From NCBI GenBank assembly GCA_965222375.1, contig CBDCTZ010000013.1, forward strand, positions 769,207 through 833,206: a DNA stretch of 64,000 bases. Reading direction: 5' to 3'. The notes beneath the pieces were generated by a model. That model saw nothing but the letters and a program-made list of their open reading frames with translations. It was not told where the DNA came from and made no database searches. Made by a program: the position numbers and the translations under genes. Below, piece after piece: positions 37,715 through 46,905 of the stretch (the first letter of the stretch is position 1; each line of letters opens with the position of its first letter). The DNA is from Polyangiaceae bacterium. Its GTDB lineage: Bacteria > Myxococcota_A > Polyangia > Polyangiales > Polyangiaceae.

Positions 37715-38152
37715 ATGGAGCTGAGGACCGAGGTCGAGATTGACGCGCCAATTCAACGGGTTTGGGACGTGCTCACGGATTTCTCGAGCTACCAGCAGTG
37801 GAACCCGTTCATCGCAAACGTCGAGGGCAAGCTAGCCGAGGGCGAAAAGCTCCGACTGACCCTGACCCTGCCTGACGGCTCGGAGCACCAGGTCCGGTCC
37901 ACGGTGACTCGAGTCGAGCCTGCCCGGGAGCTGCGCTGGGTAGGCAAACTGTTTCTCCCTGGGCTGCTGGAGGGTGAGCATTTCTTCGAGCTAGAGGCCT
38001 TGGACGCCGGCCGAACTCGACTGAAGCACTCGGAGAACTTCCGCGGCCTGTTGGTTCGGATCCTGACAAGAACGCTCACGCAAGCCGGCCGCGCATTCGT
38101 AGGTATGAACCACGCTCTGAAGATCCGGGCGGAAAAACCAGCCTGTCAGTAG
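37715..38152 (+). CDS. SRPBCC (polyketide cyclase/dehydrase-like) protein
   Basis: TEVEIDAPIQRVWDVLTDF..YQQWNPF, ELRWVG, GEHFFEL, HSENFRG, MNHALK. Confidence 0.9.
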   Translation: MELRTEVEIDAPIQRVWDVLTDFSSYQQWNPFIANVEGKLAEGEKLRLTLTLPDGSEHQVRSTVTRVEPARELRWVGKLFLPGLLEGEHFFELEALDAGRTRLKHSENFRGLLVRILTRTLTQAGRAFVGMNHALKIRAEKPACQ

Positions 38153-39978
38153 CGAGGCTTGGGGCGGCGCCCCGAGCTGCGTAGAGCCTTCACGACCTCC
38201 GTGCGCTTTCCCAAACAAGGAAAGCAGTCGCTGCGCTTCTTGGCGCCGCAACCGGACTTTCTAGTCAGTCGCGAAAGGGGGTACAGAGCCCGTCGGTCGC
38301 CTATCTCTTTGGCTTTCTCCACCAAGCCAGCCGCCTGCTCGCAGTCCTTCACCGCGCGAAGGTCCAGAGCAATGCCCAGCGCGGGCGACGCCTTCGCCCG
38401 CACTTCTTTGGAGTAGACCAGCGCTTCAGCGAACTTGGTGGTCGGCGTGCGGTTGCGTGGCTTGGTCCAGGCTTCGTAGATGAGGTCTGGTCCGGCTGGG
38501 CCGGCCAAGGCGGCCATTGCGGCGAGCGCGGCGTAGCCCGCTTCACCGTCGCCGACTGCACTGCGCAGGATCTTGACGTCTTCGGCGGATGGCTCCTTGC
38601 CCGCGAGGTCCTTTCGCATTTGCACCAGCATGGCGCGACGCTGGGCCCGGCGCCCTTGTGCCAGAGTCATCGTCTCAGCAGCAGTTCGCTCGGACTGGGG
38701 CTTCTGCTCGATTCGAGACAGGGTCGCCGTGTCCCATGTCTCGCTGCCGGCGAGATCCCGCGGCACAGCAGGCGGCGCCGATGGCGACGGCACCGCCGGG
38801 GTAGCAACCGTCGCAGCGGCTTTCGTGGGCGCCGCTGCCGGTGTATCCCCCCGCCGCGCTACCAGCGCCGTCAAGGTGCTCGAAAGCAGCATCACCACTG
38901 CTGCCAACACCGCCGCACCACCGGCGACCACCCCCCATAGTGGAGCGGTGCCAGAGCCAATCCGCACCCGCTTCTTCAGCGCGACCATCAGGGGCTGCGG
39001 CTCGTCACGCGCCAGGTCCATCGGGGAATGCTGCGAGTCGGGCGGCCGCGACGAAGCCGCGGACGCGCCTTCGCTGACGAAGTGGATCGGCGGCGCCTGG
39101 ATGTCGCGGAGCTCCCGAGTGCCTGAAGACTCGGTCGGGGGCTGAACCGATGGGGGCGACGGCCGACTCGACTCAGCGGCGGGCTTGGGAAAGTACTCGG
39201 CCGGAGGAGCGTTGCCCGGCCGCTCCTGGGTGGCCTCCAGGCTCTCCAACTCCACGTTCGGATCCGTGGTCAGGGAAGAGGTACTGACGAAATCGGACAC
39301 CGAGTGGATCGACTCGAGACTGTCGTAGGGCTTCCGACCTGGGCCCAGGGGAGCGCCGTGCCCTTGTTGGGACGGCGGAGGCGGCGGGGCACCATAGTCC
39401 GGCGGCGGGGCGCCGTAGTCCGGTGGCGGGGCGCCGTAGTCGTCAAACTCCTCCTCGGGCTCCGGGGCGGCCGGTGGTGGTGGCGCCGACGGGTAGGGTG
39501 CGGACGGTGCCGGAGGCGGAGAGGACGGGTATCTAGCCGCCGGCGGAGGCGGCGGTGGAGGTGCCGAGGGGTAGCGCGCCGATGGTGGGGGCGGAGGCGC
39601 CGACGGCGCCGGGGGTGGAGCCGATCGCGGCAAGGCGTCCGCCGCCGGTTCCGCTTCGTTCATCAGTCCGGAGGAGGACCTGGGCAGGGTCTGCATGGAG
39701 GGACCGCTCGATGCCGCCGTCGGTGCCTCGCGAAAATCCCCGCTCGGGGTGGGAGCCCCAGCGCCTGGGGGCGCCAATCCGATCACCGTCTTCCGTCGGG
39801 GAATGGGCACGCCAAGGTCGGAGAACCGCTGGGATGGGTGGGGAGAAGTCAGCTCCCGAGAGTCCACAGAGGGGTCCAGCACCGTGTCCTCCGGCACGAC
39901 AGAAGGCACTTCTTCCCAGCCGGCGTCGACGCGCGATGGCCGCACGGATGGGCGCGGTTTCTGGTCGTCACCACTCAT
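38146..39978 (-). CDS. Pro-rich single-pass membrane protein with Cys-containing helical C-terminal domain
   Basis: Low-complexity N-terminus with DYGAPPP x3 and YPS(A/S)PPP repeats; TM LWGVVAGG...; C-terminal GCG..K..DCFPCL. Confidence 0.7.
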   Translation of the reverse strand: MSGDDQKPRPSVRPSRVDAGWEEVPSVVPEDTVLDPSVDSRELTSPHPSQRFSDLGVPIPRRKTVIGLAPPGAGAPTPSGDFREAPTAASSGPSMQTLPRSSSGLMNEAEPAADALPRSAPPPAPSAPPPPPSARYPSAPPPPPPPAARYPSSPPPAPSAPYPSAPPPPAAPEPEEEFDDYGAPPPDYGAPPPDYGAPPPPPSQQGHGAPLGPGRKPYDSLESIHSVSDFVSTSSLTTDPNVELESLEATQERPGNAPPAEYFPKPAAESSRPSPPSVQPPTESSGTRELRDIQAPPIHFVSEGASAASSRPPDSQHSPMDLARDEPQPLMVALKKRVRIGSGTAPLWGVVAGGAAVLAAVVMLLSSTLTALVARRGDTPAAAPTKAAATVATPAVPSPSAPPAVPRDLAGSETWDTATLSRIEQKPQSERTAAETMTLAQGRRAQRRAMLVQMRKDLAGKEPSAEDVKILRSAVGDGEAGYAALAAMAALAGPAGPDLIYEAWTKPRNRTPTTKFAEALVYSKEVRAKASPALGIALDLRAVKDCEQAAGLVEKAKEIGDRRALYPLSRLTRKSGCGAKKRSDCFPCLGKRTEVVKALRSSGRRPKPRY

Positions 39979-40061
39979 CGCTCGTGCCCAGCGTAGCATT
40001 CACTCCAGAAAAATCGGACATTTACGGAAACTCCGGCGGGCGCTATGGCCCCAAGGTCGCC

Positions 40062-41069
40062 GTGTCCCGCCCGATTGCCGTTATCATCAATCCAAACGCC
40101 GGCCGCCACCGGCCGGCGGCTGATGCAGCACGGCTGGCGGCGATTTTGGGCTGGCAAGGGCGGGTGTTCGAGACCGAGTCCGAGCAAGCCGTGGGCCCTG
40201 CGGTCGACGAGGCGCTGGACGCGGGCGCCGAGGTGGTCGCCATCAGCGGCGGCGACGGAACCCTGGGGGGAGTACTCAATGCACTGCGGAAGCACCGAAG
40301 TGTGACCGAACTGCCGCTGCTGATTCCGACCAACAGCGGCACCATCGATTTCGTAGCGCGCAAAGTTGGTATCGCCGGAGATGTGGAGAGCATCGTAGCC
40401 CGACTGGCAGCAACCTACCGCAGTGGTGCCCAGCCCCAGCGCATAGAAGTAGACAGCCTTCAGCTCACCGGCACTCTGCACGCGCCCGGCCAGCCCGATC
40501 AGGAGCTGGACGTGGTGGGCTTCGCATTGGCTGCTGGAGGGATCGGGCAGCGTTTCTTCACGAAATACTACACGGAGCCCGTTCAGGGCGCCCGCGCGAT
40601 CGTGCGAGTCGTGGTGCAGGCAGTTGCGTCTCACGCCCTCGACCGCATGCGCGCGCCCGTACCTGAGCGCTACCTGGAATATGGCCGCGCGGTCTTCCGA
40701 CCAACTATCGCAGCAGTCACCATCGATGGTGAAGCCGTGCCGGGACAGGCACACGGCGCGATTCACGCCGGTGCCTTCGATGTGTCGCTGGGAGGCGTGT
40801 TTCGGGTATTCCCGTACGCGGAGGAGCGCGGAGAGAGCCACTTCCAGGCAGGCGAGATCGTGCCCGCGGAGATGATCCGGGCGTTGCCTGCGTTGGTGCG
40901 CGGACGCGCCATTCCCAGCGCCCGCTTGGTCGAGAAGAAGGGGCGCCAGATGCGAGTCGTCGCGACGGGCCCAGAATTGCTTTCCCTGATTCTCGACGGT
41001 GAGCCCATCGAGCACGTCGCCGAGCTTTTCGTGAGCTCAGGTCCTCCCGTAGGCATTGCGCGCGTCTGA
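40062..41069 (+). CDS. Diacylglycerol/lipid kinase family protein
   Basis: VIINPNAG, ISGGDGT, SGTIDFVAR, LILDGE. Confidence 0.85.
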   Translation: MSRPIAVIINPNAGRHRPAADAARLAAILGWQGRVFETESEQAVGPAVDEALDAGAEVVAISGGDGTLGGVLNALRKHRSVTELPLLIPTNSGTIDFVARKVGIAGDVESIVARLAATYRSGAQPQRIEVDSLQLTGTLHAPGQPDQELDVVGFALAAGGIGQRFFTKYYTEPVQGARAIVRVVVQAVASHALDRMRAPVPERYLEYGRAVFRPTIAAVTIDGEAVPGQAHGAIHAGAFDVSLGGVFRVFPYAEERGESHFQAGEIVPAEMIRALPALVRGRAIPSARLVEKKGRQMRVVATGPELLSLILDGEPIEHVAELFVSSGPPVGIARV

Positions 41070-41178
41070 TTCGCCAGGTTGCGGCTTCACTGGCCGCCAG
41101 CATTTGCAGAAGGGCCCCCGCTCCCGCATGCTGCAGAGCCATGGGCGATCCGAAAGGCGCCAGGGGATTTCCCCGACC

Positions 41179-41814
41179 ATGCTGCGTTTGAGGCGAATTC
41201 GGGGGCGCGGTCTCGCCATCGCGCTGGCCCTCATGGCACTGGCCTGCAAGCGGGATCCCCTTACCTCCCCACAGCCCGCGCCGTCCGCCTCGAACGCGTC
41301 CCCGGCGCCGAGAGCAGCGGCGGCCCCGATCGCCCCACCGGGCTACGTGAAGATGCGAGTGGGGGGCGTGTTCGAAACCCGCGGTGGCGGCAACGTGGTC
41401 CTATTGGCACGAGATGACAAGCGAATCGGCGTGCCGATATACGTCTCGGGCACCGAAGCTCTGTCCATTCAGCTGCGCCACAAGGGAGCGCGCTTCAAGC
41501 GACCCTTGACTCACGACCTGATGGACGACGCCTTGTCGCGACTCGACGCCAAGGTCCTGGCGGCGCGTGTCGACAAGTTGGAAGACCAGACCTTTCACGG
41601 CACGGTGATTCTGAAGAGTCCCGACGGCCGCTGGGAACTCGATGCCCGCCCCTCGGACGCCATCGCTCTTGCTCTCGGCGCGTCGGCGCCCATCTTCGTC
41701 GCGAGGGCCGTCGTGGACCATGCCTCCGTTTCCTTCGACGAGGTCAGAATCGAGAGCGAGGACCCCAAAGCCAAGCCCCCAGGTCAACCTCGCTCTGCCC
41801 CAATCACTCTCTGA
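41179..41814 (+). CDS. Bifunctional nuclease (DUF151) family protein with lipoprotein-like N-terminus
   Basis: VPIYVSGTEALSI, RPLTHDL, LDARPSDAIALAL, PIFV; N-terminal RRIRGR + hydrophobic + LAC. Confidence 0.85.
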   Translation: MLRLRRIRGRGLAIALALMALACKRDPLTSPQPAPSASNASPAPRAAAAPIAPPGYVKMRVGGVFETRGGGNVVLLARDDKRIGVPIYVSGTEALSIQLRHKGARFKRPLTHDLMDDALSRLDAKVLAARVDKLEDQTFHGTVILKSPDGRWELDARPSDAIALALGASAPIFVARAVVDHASVSFDEVRIESEDPKAKPPGQPRSAPITL

Positions 41815-41816
41815 GC

Positions 41817-42257
41817 TCAGGTTTCATTTTCCAACCGGGGATGGAGCTCTGGCCCCCGGATGCAACTCGCCAAGTCAGCGGGAATGCGCACAGGCTTGTG
41901 GGTTTGGTCCACACACGCGAGCAAAGTGCTGCCCTGGACCAACAGCTCGGCATCGACGGCGCGCACGACGTCATAGCAAAACTCGAGCGTCACCCGTGTC
42001 AGCTTCGAGACCCGAGATTCCACCACGAGCAGTTGATCGAAGTGGGCCGGTCGTCGGTAGCGCAACTTCGCATCCACGACAGGAAAGTGAAGGCCGCGGG
42101 CTGCCCAGCCTTCGGCTTCGACGCCGCGACGCCGCAGATACTCGACGCGGCCTGCCTCGAAGTAAGAAAGATAGACAGCGTGGTGCACGATGCCCATCAG
42201 GTCCGTGTCGCCGAAGCGGACCCGAACCCGGTACCGTGTTTTGAAGCTTTCGCCCAT
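41817..42257 (-). CDS. Acyl-CoA thioesterase (YbgC/4HBT family)
   Basis: RVRFGDTDLMGIVHHAVYLSYFEAGR, YRRPAHFD. Confidence 0.92.
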   Translation of the reverse strand: MGESFKTRYRVRVRFGDTDLMGIVHHAVYLSYFEAGRVEYLRRRGVEAEGWAARGLHFPVVDAKLRYRRPAHFDQLLVVESRVSKLTRVTLEFCYDVVRAVDAELLVQGSTLLACVDQTHKPVRIPADLASCIRGPELHPRLENET

Positions 42258-42353
42258 TGGGCGCAGCGTATAGCACTGCTTTCCAACGCGAAGACGGCTG
42301 TCTGAACAGACGCCGACTTGCGCGCTGGGCGAAGCGGGGGCTAAACCCCGGCC

Positions 42354-42854
42354 ATGCCCACCGAACCTCCGCCTCCGCCGCCGGTACCGAAAACGTACAA
42401 GATAGTGGTCGGCGTCGATTACTCGGACCAAGCCGCGGCCGCTCTGGAAGCGGCCATGGTGCTGGCTCTCGAGCGCGATGGCATGATCTACGCGGTGGCC
42501 GTGGCAGAAGACGGGCTCCCCCGTCCGGCAGACCTGATGGAGGAGGTCCGGCAGAAGTTCCAGGACGAAGCACAGGCCGCCCTCGAGGCGTACGTCGCGG
42601 AGCGCATTGCCAACTTCGAGTCGCAGGGCTTCAAATTCAATCAGAAACGAATCGCTGCTGCAGTCGACTTCGGCACGCCCGCCAAAGCCATCGTCGCCCT
42701 GGCGAAAGAAGTGGATGCGGATCTAATCATCGTCGGCACCCACAGTCGCAAAGGCATCTCGCGTCTCGTCGTGGGCTCCGTCGCAGAGGGCACCGTGAAG
42801 CAGGCGCCCTGCCCTGTACTCGTCATGCGTCCGAAGGCGCACGATCGAGAGTGA
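42354..42854 (+). CDS. Universal stress protein
   Basis: IVVGVDYS, DLIIVGTHSRKG...VGSVAE.TVKQAPCPVLV. Confidence 0.92.
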   Translation: MPTEPPPPPPVPKTYKIVVGVDYSDQAAAALEAAMVLALERDGMIYAVAVAEDGLPRPADLMEEVRQKFQDEAQAALEAYVAERIANFESQGFKFNQKRIAAAVDFGTPAKAIVALAKEVDADLIIVGTHSRKGISRLVVGSVAEGTVKQAPCPVLVMRPKAHDRE

Positions 42855-44601
42855 AGTGGGCGGCCTCCCGCGCCGTAGCGGTTTCCGGCTCGGAGGGTTT
42901 CTGCTCCGAAAGCCAATACACCATTTCGTCCGCCTCCCAAGTGTAGGGCTCACCATTCAAGCGCACCCGCCCCTCCGCAAGGGAGACGGACAGCCGCAAT
43001 AGCGGTGTGCTACCCAGGTCCCGAAGCAGAGCCTCGAAACGGCCCTGGCGCTCGGGGTCGACGAAAACGAAACGGTGTCGAGCTGCATAGGCCGTGTGGA
43101 GCCAGGCCGGGCGGAACGCGATCCCAGCCAGGCCTAGTCGGCCCGCAGTCAGCGCCAGGAGCTGCCCGGCCTCTTGGGCCAATCCCAAGCCTGGCTCTTC
43201 CTGCCCCGGAAGTTTCGGGCGGGTTTTCGAGAACTTTCCCCGCGGGTTGCGCAGCGTCAGCCAGTGTACGTACAAAACCTGCTTGTCAGCGACGGTCTTG
43301 CGCTCCAACACCGTCTCGAACAGCAGGTGCTCGAGGCCATCGCTGCGGGCGAACACTCGCATGCGATCCCCGCGGTTATCGGTGTCAATCGCCACTCGGA
43401 ACGAGCCGTATCCCAGGCGGCGCAAGTGGCTGAGTATCCCATAGCGCGCCAACGCGAACTCCAGCCCCGACGCGGTATAGAAACCGAGCAGCTTTTGCTG
43501 CCGCATCGAACGACCACCCAAGTCCGAGAAGATGTCGTCCTCGCTGAGCGTGAGGCTTTCTCCCAGGTCTTCCCGTCTGAGCTCCCGGCTGATGTGCGCG
43601 TAGGATAGTGCGAGGGGGTCCACGTCTGCTTCGACCTGGCTGGGTTGTCCGCGCAACAACAGCAGCGCGGTGCCTGCCAGAACTCGCCAGGCATCCTTGC
43701 TGTAGCCACCGCCAGGCAGCCACACCTGAGGTAGTGAACCCACAGCACGTCTCACGAGATCATCTCGCTGCTGCACGCCTGAAAGAGACATGGAGATCCC
43801 TCCCAGACGATCCACTTCCAGCACGTCTCCACCGGCGATGACGAAATAGAGGCCAGCCGGCGGCATGCGCGTGAGTAACTGCGACAGCGAAGCCAGATAG
43901 GTCGTGTCGTCGCACTGGGGCGGTAGCACCGTTTCATCCACTCCCGGCAGGGGCCCCCAATCCGCGCCGGACAGGGATCCGGTCCATACGGAGGGATCAT
44001 CTCGGAAACACTCCGCGGTCCCGTCCGGCGGGTGAGCGTCGAGATCCAGGATCGCCACTCGCTTGTCGAACCCCTCTTCGCGCAGCGCCGCCACGGTCAC
44101 TGCGATGTCGTTGATCGCACAGAACCCCCCACCCCGCGCCGGCCCCGCGTGGTGAAACCCGCCCAGCAGATTCAAACCGGGCCCCCAGTCCTCCAGGCTG
44201 GATCTCGCCGCCGCCAGGGTGCCTCCCGTGGCAAGTCGCAGTGTGTCCAGCACTTCGTCCACCACGATGTCAGACGCGTCGACGGCAAAGACCCGAGCCA
44301 ATGTGTCAGGCTCGTGTATCTCTTCGAGCCATTGAAGAGTGTGGACGCGGCAGAGATCTTCGAAGTGCACCCGGGTCGGTCGCCGAACGTCCTCCGGGCC
44401 GATCATGCCGAGGGAATGCAGGTAGGCAACGACGAGGTCGGCGCGACGCGGCTCGATACCCGTCAGTGCCTCCACGGAGGCCAGCGGTAGGCGATAGCTG
44501 GCGTCCACCCACAACGTGAGCTGGCGCCCCCGGGCCAACCTGCCCAGACGGCGGCCCCATCGCTTCAAGCCACGACTGAAAGGAAAGGGAGCTGAGCTCA
44601 C
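42823..44601 (-). CDS. Histone deacetylase / AcuC-like enzyme with an additional C-terminal domain
   Basis: GGFHHA..GGGFCAINDIA, LDLDAHPPDGT, GGD...DRLG, GGGYS; ~270-aa extension with LPGQEEPGLG. Confidence 0.88.
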   Translation of the reverse strand: MSSAPFPFSRGLKRWGRRLGRLARGRQLTLWVDASYRLPLASVEALTGIEPRRADLVVAYLHSLGMIGPEDVRRPTRVHFEDLCRVHTLQWLEEIHEPDTLARVFAVDASDIVVDEVLDTLRLATGGTLAAARSSLEDWGPGLNLLGGFHHAGPARGGGFCAINDIAVTVAALREEGFDKRVAILDLDAHPPDGTAECFRDDPSVWTGSLSGADWGPLPGVDETVLPPQCDDTTYLASLSQLLTRMPPAGLYFVIAGGDVLEVDRLGGISMSLSGVQQRDDLVRRAVGSLPQVWLPGGGYSKDAWRVLAGTALLLLRGQPSQVEADVDPLALSYAHISRELRREDLGESLTLSEDDIFSDLGGRSMRQQKLLGFYTASGLEFALARYGILSHLRRLGYGSFRVAIDTDNRGDRMRVFARSDGLEHLLFETVLERKTVADKQVLYVHWLTLRNPRGKFSKTRPKLPGQEEPGLGLAQEAGQLLALTAGRLGLAGIAFRPAWLHTAYAARHRFVFVDPERQGRFEALLRDLGSTPLLRLSVSLAEGRVRLNGEPYTWEADEMVYWLSEQKPSEPETATAREAAHFTLDRAPSDA

Positions 44602-45059
44602 TTGCTCGAGTCGTCGGGCACGATGACGACGGGAACCGAGCTCAGACGGACGAGCTTCTCGGCGACACTGCCCAAAAGGAAGTGCCGCACGCCGGTTCGG
44701 CCGTGGGTGCCAATCACGATCAGGTCCGCACCGGAGTCCTTCGCCGTCGCCAGGATGGCCGATGCGGGCTCCCCTGACCCCAGGTGGTGGTAGATGGTGA
44801 CGCCCTCGGGAGTACGTATCTTCGCCAAGAACTCCTCCATCTCGGTCTCCGCGTTTTCGCGGATCAGGTCGGCGAGGGACTTCGGCTGGGTTCCAGGCTT
44901 GCCGACCACCATGGTGTCTGGAACGTACGCTGGGCGATCCCAGATATGCACGACATCGACATCCGCCTTGAGCTTTTCTGCCAAGTTCAGCGCGTAGCCG
45001 AGGGCATGGCGGCAGCGATCCGAATAATCAACAGGAACCAGAATGCGTTGGATGGCCAT
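44598..45059 (-). CDS. Universal stress protein
   Basis: ILVPVDYS, DLIVIGTHGRTG..HFLLGSVAEKLVR. Confidence 0.93.
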   Translation of the reverse strand: MAIQRILVPVDYSDRCRHALGYALNLAEKLKADVDVVHIWDRPAYVPDTMVVGKPGTQPKSLADLIRENAETEMEEFLAKIRTPEGVTIYHHLGSGEPASAILATAKDSGADLIVIGTHGRTGVRHFLLGSVAEKLVRLSSVPVVIVPDDSSK

Positions 45060-45088
45060 GGAAAACCTGAAGCAGTGTTAGCGGTGGA

Positions 45089-45463
45089 TCAAAGAGCGCG
45101 ACCCAGAGCGAGACCGGCAACCATCGCGACCAGCCCCGCGACGCTTTGACCTAGCACGTCTAGCGCCGCGGCTCCTAGCCGGCCGTCAACCAGCAGCGCT
45201 TCTGCCTCGAAGATAAAAGTGGAAAAGGTCGTAAACGCTCCCATGAAGCCACCGAGGATCACGAGCTTCAGTGTCGGCGAAACGTTGACGCGCCCATCGA
45301 GAGCCGCAAAGGCAGCGCCGAAAAGCAGGCAGCCAACTACGTTGACAACCGCGGTTCCCCAGGGAAAGGCCGGACCGACCGCGCGCTGAATGGCGCCCGA
45401 AACCCATACCCGCAAAACGGTGCCGAGTGCTCCCGCCAACGCTACCCATAGCCACTTGGTCAT
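45089..45463 (-). CDS. crcB: Fluoride channel CrcB/FluC
   Basis: GALGTVLR, FPWGT..VNVVGC, GFMGAFTTFSTF. Confidence 0.93.
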   Translation of the reverse strand: MTKWLWVALAGALGTVLRVWVSGAIQRAVGPAFPWGTAVVNVVGCLLFGAAFAALDGRVNVSPTLKLVILGGFMGAFTTFSTFIFEAEALLVDGRLGAAALDVLGQSVAGLVAMVAGLALGRAL

Positions 45464-45643
45464 CCGTGCCTCGCTCGGGCGACAACCTCGCATCGTCCCG
45501 TCTCGAGCGCCAGTTGGGACGCGAAATCCCCCACCCTGCAAGCGCCTGAGCCAGCCGGTGCGCCCGCCAAGTGCCTGCAAACTGCGGGCACTGCACACCT
45601 AGCCGAGCGCCTCCCGGCGTCTTCAGGTAGAGTCCTTGGGATC

Positions 45644-46024
45644 GTGAGTGGCAGCGACAAATTGGACGGAGAGGAAACCCTCTCAATAGAGCGCGGGCCC
45701 GTGCTCGAAGCCATGGCCCAGCTCCGCAAGCCTTTCGTCCTCGAGCAAGTGCAGGGGCCTGGCGCCCCGCAGAGGTTCGTGTTGCGCCTTCCCGAGGTAG
45801 TCGTCGGCCGTTCCCTGCAGGCACACATTTCCTTGGAGTCCAGCGCGCTGTCCCGCAAACACGTTGCACTCAACCGCAAGGGTCTGGAGTACGTGTGTAG
45901 TGATCTGGGCAGCAAGAACGGTTTCTACGTCAATGGCGTCCGTGCGAACTCCGCGGTGCTGAGAGACGGCGATACCCTGCAAATGGGCGACGTAGTCTTT
46001 CTGTATCGCGAGGGTGATACATGA
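45644..46024 (+). CDS. FHA domain protein
   Basis: VVGRS, LSRKH, DLGSKNG.YVNG, LRDGD. Confidence 0.88.
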   Translation: MSGSDKLDGEETLSIERGPVLEAMAQLRKPFVLEQVQGPGAPQRFVLRLPEVVVGRSLQAHISLESSALSRKHVALNRKGLEYVCSDLGSKNGFYVNGVRANSAVLRDGDTLQMGDVVFLYREGDT

Positions 46025-46905
46025 ACAGCCTCGTGCGTTTCTGGGGAACGCGCGGCTCCATCCCCACCCCCGGCAACCTGACTCGGCGCTACGGAGGCAA
46101 CACATCTTGCGTCAGCATCCGGGTGGGCAGCGCCCTCTTCATTTGTGACGGCGGCACTGGGCTGCGCGAACTCGGTGTCTCGCTGGTGGACGAACTGGGC
46201 GACCAGCCCTTGGAGGCCCACCTCTTTTTCAGCCACACGCACTGGGATCACATCCAAGGCTTCCCCTTCTTCGTGCCCGCCTACTCAAAGCGCAACACGT
46301 TGTACGTGTACGACGCCACCCGGGAGGACGACCGGGTGCGAAACCTGCTCCTGGGCCAAATGGCCAGCGACTACTTCCCCGTCGAGTTTCGGGATCTCGG
46401 CTCGAACATCACGTCGCGTAACCTAGAGATGGGAGAAACCATCCTCGACGGCGTCACGGTCCGGCATCGGGAGCAGGTCCACCCGGGCAAGAGTTTCGCG
46501 TTCTCCTTCGAAGCGTCCGGCAAGAAGGTCGTCTATGCCACGGATAGTGAGCTGGATCTGTCGATTCAGAACCAAGACGCGAGCGAGCGGGACCCCGGTG
46601 TATTGCGTGAGCTACCCGCGGATCTCGTACGCTTCATGGCCGATGCGGACTTGTTGATCGCGGACGGCCAATATACGGACGATGAATACCCCGCCAAGCG
46701 GGGCTGGGGGCATGCCCGTGCAAACACCGTCGTAGATCTCGCCATTCAAGCCGGGGTGAAGCAATGTGCCATCTTCCACCACGATCCGATGCACTCAGAC
46801 GATCACGTGGAACAGATCGTAGCCGAAGGTCGGCAGCGCGTGGCATCCCACAATTCTTCGGTTCAAGTCTTCGCGGCTCGCGAGGGTATCGAACTCAGCG
46901 TTTGA
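46021..46905 (+). CDS. MBL-fold metallo-hydrolase
   Basis: FWGTRGSIP..YGGNTSC, SHTHWDHIQG, WGH, FHHDP; ATGA overlap with the FHA gene. Confidence 0.9.
   Translation: MNSLVRFWGTRGSIPTPGNLTRRYGGNTSCVSIRVGSALFICDGGTGLRELGVSLVDELGDQPLEAHLFFSHTHWDHIQGFPFFVPAYSKRNTLYVYDATREDDRVRNLLLGQMASDYFPVEFRDLGSNITSRNLEMGETILDGVTVRHREQVHPGKSFAFSFEASGKKVVYATDSELDLSIQNQDASERDPGVLRELPADLVRFMADADLLIADGQYTDDEYPAKRGWGHARANTVVDLAIQAGVKQCAIFHHDPMHSDDHVEQIVAEGRQRVASHNSSVQVFAAREGIELSV

Noticed and set aside
45464..45640. Fluoride riboswitch upstream of crcB
   Set aside because: I could not find the GGCGATGG...GCTRATGAC consensus, only a small generic hairpin
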